Assembly: GCF_003602005.1 (NCBI RefSeq)
Contig: NZ_QZWD01000001.1
Coordinates: forward strand, 176,641-208,640
From: Salinisphaera sp. Q1T1-3
GTDB taxonomy: Bacteria; Pseudomonadota; Gammaproteobacteria; Nevskiales; Salinisphaeraceae
DNA length: 32,000 bases
Direction of reading: 5' to 3'
Below, piece by piece: positions 26,994 through 32,000 of the stretch. Position numbers and translations under genes: made by a program. Position 1 is the first letter of the stretch. The number at the start of each line of letters is the position of its first letter. The notes under the pieces were generated by a model. It had not been told where the DNA came from. It was given only the letters and a program-made list of their open reading frames with translations, and searched no databases.

Positions 26994-28624
26994 TCGCCCG
27001 CGGCAAGCCCGTGTTTTCGCAGCCGTGCTCGCAGGGTGCTCGGGTTGATGTCCAGCAATTGCGCAGCACCGCCGGGGCCGTGGACACGGCCCCGGCAGTG
27101 GCGCAGTGCAGCGATGATGTGTTGGCACATCGCCTCGTCGAGGCTCATCCAATCGGCCGCATCGTCGTCGAGCGGCTCTGCGCACATCGGGCGGGCGATT
27201 TCGGCCTCGCCGGCGACGGTCGTCGGCATGTTGAAACCGAGCGCACGCGCTAACGCAAGTTCGCGACCGTCGCCCAGAATCGCGGCACGCTCGATAACGG
27301 CCATCATCTCGCGCACGTTGCCGGGCCAGTCATAATGTCGGAGCATCACCATATCCGCATCGCTTGGCAGCACCTCGGGCAGACCGAGGCGCCGTGCGAC
27401 CCGGCGGGCGATGTGCTGCGCCAACTCGGCGATATCGTCGGCGCGATCGGCCAGGCGTGGAATCCGGATTGGAAAAATGGCGATGCGGTACCACAGATCG
27501 GCCCGGAACTGCCCCTGGGACACCATGGCGACCAGATCCCGATGGGTCGCCGCGACGATGCGGACATCGCTGCGGATTTCCTGTTCGCCGCCAACGCGCT
27601 GGAACGTGTGATCCTGCAACACGCGCAGCAGCCGGACCTGGGCCGGCAGTGGCAGCTCGCCGATCTCGTCGAGAAAGAGGGTGCCGCCATCGGCGCGTTC
27701 GAACCAGCCGCGCCGATGGCGTATGGCGCCGGTAAAACTGCCTTTTTCGTGGCCGAAAAGCTCGGAATCGATCAGTTCGGCCGGGATCGCACCACAGTTC
27801 ACACGAATGAAAGGCGCCTCGGCACGGGACGAGCGATCATGGATGCTCCGGGCGATGACTTCCTTGCCGGTACCGGTCGCGCCAAGCAGCAAAACCGTTG
27901 TATCGGAACCGGCCACGGCGTTGGCCTGGCGCATCGTGTCACGCAGCCCGCCGTCCTCGCCGACAATCCGATCGCGCAGCGTATGCCGCCCAAGGCGTTG
28001 CAGCAACGATTCACGATCGGCATCGATCCGGGCGCGTAACTGGTCGAGCTCGGCGCTGCGTCGATGATTGCGAAGCGCCTGGGCAAGCGGGGCGAGGGCA
28101 GCATCCCGCAGGGCAGTCTCCGAACTCGTCCGAGGCTGATCCGGCGATATGTCCGCAATCGCGAACCCGTCGCCCGAGCCGTCAGCGAGGCGAAACACGA
28201 GTCTTCGCCGGCCCGTGCCGGGGGAACCGAAGACTGACAGGGCACCCGCCGCGGCGTCAGCGGACAGGGCATAGAGATCGTGTCGTTCGAACGAAGCCGC
28301 AAGCGCCCTGATCTGTTGCGCGTCCAGATTCGCGTTGACAGAGACGACCTCGCCAATCCCTGACATGGTCTCCAGACGCCGGTTCTCACTGTCGAGACGG
28401 TCGATTCTCAGACCACTCACCACGAATGCTTCGGCGAGAATGTCGTGGATGCGCGGCAGCACCTCGTCGAGCCGCGCGTGCGATGCCACGGCCTGCCAGA
28501 CGCGCACGGCCTGATCGTGCGATGGCGCGACGGCGCCGCTTGGCCGCGGGGCGTGTATGACGGCGTCTCGATGTGTTTCGCGGTGCTGTGATGCGGCCGC
28601 CGACTCGGATGACAAGACGTTCAT
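26984..28624 (-). CDS. Sigma-54-dependent transcriptional activator (bEBP): N-terminal sensory domain (probably GAF-like), AAA+ domain and C-terminal HTH
   Basis: Walker A LLLGATGTGKEVIAR, GAFTGA-loop variant EKGSFTGA, Walker B GGTLFLDEIGELP, plus VRIVAATHRDL and C-terminal GPGGAAQLLDINPSTLRARLRKHGL. The ATG at 28624 overlaps the upstream stop (ATGA). The track extension to 29020 lies inside the upstream gene. Confidence 0.85.
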   Translation of the reverse strand: MNVLSSESAAASQHRETHRDAVIHAPRPSGAVAPSHDQAVRVWQAVASHARLDEVLPRIHDILAEAFVVSGLRIDRLDSENRRLETMSGIGEVVSVNANLDAQQIRALAASFERHDLYALSADAAAGALSVFGSPGTGRRRLVFRLADGSGDGFAIADISPDQPRTSSETALRDAALAPLAQALRNHRRSAELDQLRARIDADRESLLQRLGRHTLRDRIVGEDGGLRDTMRQANAVAGSDTTVLLLGATGTGKEVIARSIHDRSSRAEAPFIRVNCGAIPAELIDSELFGHEKGSFTGAIRHRRGWFERADGGTLFLDEIGELPLPAQVRLLRVLQDHTFQRVGGEQEIRSDVRIVAATHRDLVAMVSQGQFRADLWYRIAIFPIRIPRLADRADDIAELAQHIARRVARRLGLPEVLPSDADMVMLRHYDWPGNVREMMAVIERAAILGDGRELALARALGFNMPTTVAGEAEIARPMCAEPLDDDAADWMSLDEAMCQHIIAALRHCRGRVHGPGGAAQLLDINPSTLRARLRKHGLAAGDYR

Positions 28625-29829
28625 GCCAGCGCGCGCGCCGGCCAGGATAGAGGCGCCCGCGCGGGGTCGAGCCGACCGGCATGAGCAGCCGCGCAGTAGC
28701 GGCCGGTCGCCGCCATAGCCGCCGGTCGCTCGCACGGTCCCTGATACAGGAGTGTGCCGCGCCGATCGTCGCGCGCGACTTGCCAACCCTGGCCACGCAA
28801 TGAACCGCCGTGCACGGCCACCGGGAGACCGGGCAGATCCAGATGCCAGCCCTGCGGCCCGACCAGAGGCGGGGCATGTCCACAGATGGCAGACGCAATC
28901 ACACGCGCTTCTTGCCGCAGCATCCGTTCGTCCGTCAGATCGAATCGCTTGGGCGTGGCCGTGCAGGCATCGATGGCATAAATCGCCGGATCGCTCGTGC
29001 GCCCACGCGTATCGACACAAACGCCGCGACGTGTCGAACGCAGGCCGGCCGCCATGGCCAACCGGGCATCGCCCGGCACCCGATCGGCCCAGATCATATG
29101 ATCGACATTCAGGGCAGTTCCGTCATCCAGGCTGATGGCTACCGGGCGCTGCACCGCCTGGCAGCGCACGATACGACGCGCCCCGTGTATCACCACATTG
29201 GGATGTTCGAGGGCCTGCAGAATCCGGCGGGGAAGCGGGGCGGGCAGTTGGGTCTCAAGCGGTGTCTCCGTCGCCAGGATCCACTCGACTTCCACGCCGC
29301 TCCGGCTCAACAGCTCGACCACGCGGCAGGCCAACCCCTCGTGACCGTAGACGGCGACGTGTCGCAGTCGTCGATTGTCCAGTCGCTCGAGCAGCGTTCG
29401 CGCGCCCGAAAACGTGGCAGCCTGAATGCAGCGGGGCTGTTCGTATCGGAACGCGGTTCTCGCACGGTGCCCGGTGGCCAGGACCGCGGCTGAGTAATCG
29501 ATCGGGGCATGCGTGGTCATTGCGCGTCGGCCCGTGCGATCGAGACCGAGGACGCGCGTGTGTGCATGCAGTGTCACGCCCAGCTCCTGCGGATCCACAT
29601 GGCCGTGCTCGAGCGCCAGACCCGGCGCATGCGCCGTCGCCAGATAATTCTGGGGCTGGGCATAGCGAATCTGGGTGCCATCATCACCACTGACCAGCGT
29701 CAGCGGCCGCTCACGGTCGAGCCGGCGGATCTCGTCGGCCACCGCCCAGGCGGTGGCGCCGCCGCCAATGATCAGAACCGACGCGTCGGTACGTGCGGGT
29801 GAAATGCCGGTCATGTCGAAACCATCCAT
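28621..29829 (-). CDS. FAD-dependent pyridine nucleotide-disulfide oxidoreductase family protein (rubredoxin/ferredoxin-reductase or NorW-like fold)
   Basis: FAD fold SVLIIGGGATAWAVADEIRRL, central strand VAVYGHEGLACRVVELL in place of GxGxxG, late motif DPAIYAIDACT (compare IYAIGDC), and a reductase-C-like tail. An alternative start is Met-6 at 29814. Confidence 0.75.
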   Translation of the reverse strand: MDGFDMTGISPARTDASVLIIGGGATAWAVADEIRRLDRERPLTLVSGDDGTQIRYAQPQNYLATAHAPGLALEHGHVDPQELGVTLHAHTRVLGLDRTGRRAMTTHAPIDYSAAVLATGHRARTAFRYEQPRCIQAATFSGARTLLERLDNRRLRHVAVYGHEGLACRVVELLSRSGVEVEWILATETPLETQLPAPLPRRILQALEHPNVVIHGARRIVRCQAVQRPVAISLDDGTALNVDHMIWADRVPGDARLAMAAGLRSTRRGVCVDTRGRTSDPAIYAIDACTATPKRFDLTDERMLRQEARVIASAICGHAPPLVGPQGWHLDLPGLPVAVHGGSLRGQGWQVARDDRRGTLLYQGPCERPAAMAATGRYCAAAHAGRLDPARAPLSWPARALA

Positions 29830-29831
29830 CC

Positions 29832-30440
29832 TCAGGCAGATTCCGCGATCGGCTCGGGCACCGGGCCCGCACTCGGCGTGGGGAATATCCGGGCATCGAG
29901 CCAGCGCACGCTGCTGATCCAGAGCCCTAGATAATCGATCCCGGCACCCCGATTGACGATATGGAAGACCTGTCCGACGGCATCGAACAACACCAACCGG
30001 TTGTCAACCGGGACCACCGAATCGAGCAGGCGGGTAAAGGCCCGGTCGGTCAGCAGGCCCGGGTATCCGTGGGCCAGCGGCCGCAGGATCTCGTGAACCA
30101 GATGCCAGGTGTCCGAATGGGCCGGATCGCCGATGGGCAGATCGAAACTTCCGTTGTGCATCAAATAGATACCGCGATCAATCTTGAACGGATGAGCATT
30201 GCAGGCGCTCACGGCGCCGTAGGTCTTGCGACGCAGATGGATTGCCAGTTCGGAATCGCGATGACGGCGAAGAAACGTCATGGCACGCGTCGAATCGACC
30301 GCTACATGACGTTCGACGACGGTTTCGCCCGACGCAGTACGGCCCATCACGCCCCAGCCATCGGCGTTGTAGATCGCCGCCGCCTCGATCAGCGTGTCCG
30401 GAACGGCGATGCCTGCCGGCTTATGTATCAGTACGCACAT
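29832..30440 (-). CDS. Ntn-hydrolase / class-II glutamine amidotransferase-like protein (N-terminal Met-Cys)
   Basis: With the ATG at 30440 the protein begins MCVLIHKP..., and it carries ADGWGV, HLRRKTYGAVSACNAHPF and LMHNG blocks typical of YafJ/GATase_4-like Ntn enzymes. GAGG lies 9 nt upstream of this ATG. The track start is 30449. Confidence 0.7.
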   Translation of the reverse strand: MCVLIHKPAGIAVPDTLIEAAAIYNADGWGVMGRTASGETVVERHVAVDSTRAMTFLRRHRDSELAIHLRRKTYGAVSACNAHPFKIDRGIYLMHNGSFDLPIGDPAHSDTWHLVHEILRPLAHGYPGLLTDRAFTRLLDSVVPVDNRLVLFDAVGQVFHIVNRGAGIDYLGLWISSVRWLDARIFPTPSAGPVPEPIAESA

Positions 30441-30666
30441 CGTGTTCATCCTCGACTTTGCCGACCAGAACCTGGGTTGCCTTGAACAGACCGACCGCCG
30501 GATCGCCGATCCGCAGGCCCATCGCGTGTAACGAACTCGTGGTCACGACGGCCGACATCACGCCAGCCGCCGTTTCGATCTCGACTTCCGACATCACGGC
30601 GCCGGCGTGGATGTGAATCACACGCCCGCGAAACTGATTACGGGTATTGATCCGATGTCCGCTCAT
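30421..30666 (-). CDS. Molbindin (Mop) / single TOBE-domain oxyanion-binding protein
   Basis: 81 aa. INTRNQFRGRVIHIHAGAVMSEVEIETAAGVMSAVVTTSSLHAMGLRIGDPAVGLFKATQVLVGK matches the molbindin/TOBE pattern S/TxRNQ..G.V......G.V..EV.... Its 3' end overlaps the next gene by 20 nt. Confidence 0.75.
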   Translation of the reverse strand: MSGHRINTRNQFRGRVIHIHAGAVMSEVEIETAAGVMSAVVTTSSLHAMGLRIGDPAVGLFKATQVLVGKVEDEHDVRTDT

Positions 30667-30880
30667 CGAAAAATCGCTCTCGTGATGGAAATAGAAAAGG
30701 GCCCATGACAGGCCCGCGAATGCGGACGCGTCGGTGTCCGACGCGCCGAGGCCTGAACCAGATCAATCGTCGACATCAATGGACATTCGACGACCACACA
30801 ACAGTGCGACGCCGCAACAACCGCGACAAATAACCGGCTGGCCCGAGCGGCATATCAGTAGAGCGGGCATCCATTGGGCT

Positions 30881-30896
30881 TGCATAGGCTTCGCCA
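30881..30896 (-). promoter_or_regulatory. Candidate sigma-54 promoter about 215 nt upstream of the mop-like gene
   Basis: The - strand reads TGGCGAAGCCTATGCA. GG and GC are at consensus spacing, and the -12 region is ATGCA rather than TTGCA. It shares the TGGCG start with the promoter at 26872. Confidence 0.35.
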
Positions 30897-32000
30897 GAAT
30901 CGTGTATGCCGCGACAAATGCGGCGGCCGAACAACGGGCCGAAATCGAGTCTCAAGATAGCCAGGGCGCCTTATTACGTGAATGAAGAAAACACGCTTTG
31001 TTAATCGCGAGATTGGATAAGGCGAGCGGCGCCGATCGGCAATATGTCTTCTGCGTGACGCGCCGAAAAGCCAGATCAGTCGGTCAAGGCGGCTACCAGA
31101 AGAACGCCTTGATCGACTTCCGTGGACGGGCAGCTGAGCGCATCGCGCGCAGCGATACAAAAGCGCCTCGTAGCGAACGATGAATCACAAACCATCGGTC
31201 AACCCACACGAGCCGTGGAGACGGCGCGATCTCAACCGTTGAGGCTGTGGCTGATTCATTCGCGCGCAGCTCCACACGGCAATCCCGCGCCACGACACGG
31301 GATAACGACATCCGCGCCGAAACCGCTTCGAGGGGCAAGCATGAACAAAGCCCGTGTGATCGGGCAGACCGCGTCAGACGAGCGCAGAGATATGAACAGA
31401 GTTCTCTGGATGACAGTTGGTGGCCGCCCAACAGAGCCGCTGCAACGCTGTCACCAATGGGTGACCGGCAACGGTGTCCATACATTATTTAACATAATAT
31501 ACATTATGCGCAGTTATAAAGCGCTATCGAAGACGACTGCATACAGCCTCGCGCGACCATCACACGGCTCGATCTCTCTGAGCCCGCGCGCTCAAACGCC
31601 GTCGTGAAAGCGGATGCTGCGCGCCTGCTGGCGCGCGTTGCTTCTTGTCGTCCGCGGATCGCCCGTGCTGGCTGGCGTCGCAAGCACGCGCCCTGGGTTG
31701 GCCACTTCGTCGTAAGTCACGGCGAACGCTGGGCGCCCACTGGGATGCCTCAAACATGTCTCAAACCATTGAGTATTCGAGTTAGCGAACTCCGGCGGCT
31801 GCCTGGAGACGGCCAAACGTAGAGCGTGGTCGCCGTTGGTGTTTGGTTCGCATTGCGGGTCCACTCGCCACAGAGGAAGCGCAGGTGCTTCGCTTTGCTT
31901 CAGGAGATCGATCGCCGTCACGACGAGCGCGGTTCCGAGTGATCAGACGCATCCAAAGTCGCGGGCGCGAGAGACGACTTGCTCGGAAACGGCCCATCAA

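Noticed and set aside
30903-30916. TGTATGCCGCGACA as a bEBP enhancer site, because it resembles TGTCATATACGACA at 26954-26967
   Set aside because: It lies only about 7-20 nt from the candidate -24 element, which is too close for an enhancer. The similarity is limited to TGT...CGACA and may be chance.
31592-31921. 109-aa - strand ORF (MTAIDLLKQSEAPALPLWRVDPQ...), plus ORFs 31093-31485 (-), 31122-31607 (+) and 30734-30985 (+)
   Set aside because: These ORFs overlap one another in a coding-poor region, have no recognisable domains or motifs, and have poor start contexts. I left them uncalled. The first could be a gene remnant, but I cannot support that.

Overview
GC-rich, densely coding bacterial chromosomal window that looks proteobacterial. 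No rRNA, tRNA or CRISPR was seen.

**Left third (+ strand).** A cobalt uptake and cobaltochelatase cluster: cbtB (3' end), cbtA, a ChlD/BchD-like AAA+/VWA subunit, cobB, cobW and cobN. The first four genes are joined by 4-nt ATGA overlaps where they abut.

**Middle.**
- A - strand transporter operon convergent with cobN: BASS-family symporter, MFS and a frameshifted GST, all joined by 4-nt overlaps.
- An SMR efflux gene.
- A LysR regulator divergent from a sulfonate operon: ssuC, ssuB, ssuA (with an in-frame TGA), ssuD and a second ssuA.
- An OprO/P-type anion porin.
- The sulfate ABC system: sbp/cysP, cysT, cysW, cysA.

**Right third (- strand).** An uncharacterised module:
- a molbindin/TOBE protein
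- an N-terminal-Cys (Ntn, class-II amidotransferase-like) hydrolase
- a pyridine-nucleotide-disulfide-type flavoprotein
- a sigma-54 enhancer-binding protein
- a hairpin, a near-consensus sigma-54 promoter, and a YdhS-like FAD/NAD(P)-binding protein

The last ~1.3 kb is A/T-richer and coding-poor.

**Hunt highlights.**
1. The sigma-54 module has no pathway I can name.
2. A family of ~275-bp intergenic repeats is flanked by inverted repeats and highly structured. It is present as two adjacent copies after cobN, one inverted copy after cysA, and short fragments elsewhere. Paired stem changes separate the copies, and the element termini supply gene stop codons.
3. A shared ATCGATAACGG / TTATCGATAA palindromic motif occurs in two sulfur-gene intergenic regions and upstream of the sigma-54 promoter.
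4. Two disrupted genes: a GST frameshift, and TGA at a conserved Trp codon of ssuA.

All functional calls rest on motif recognition by eye. No database search was run.
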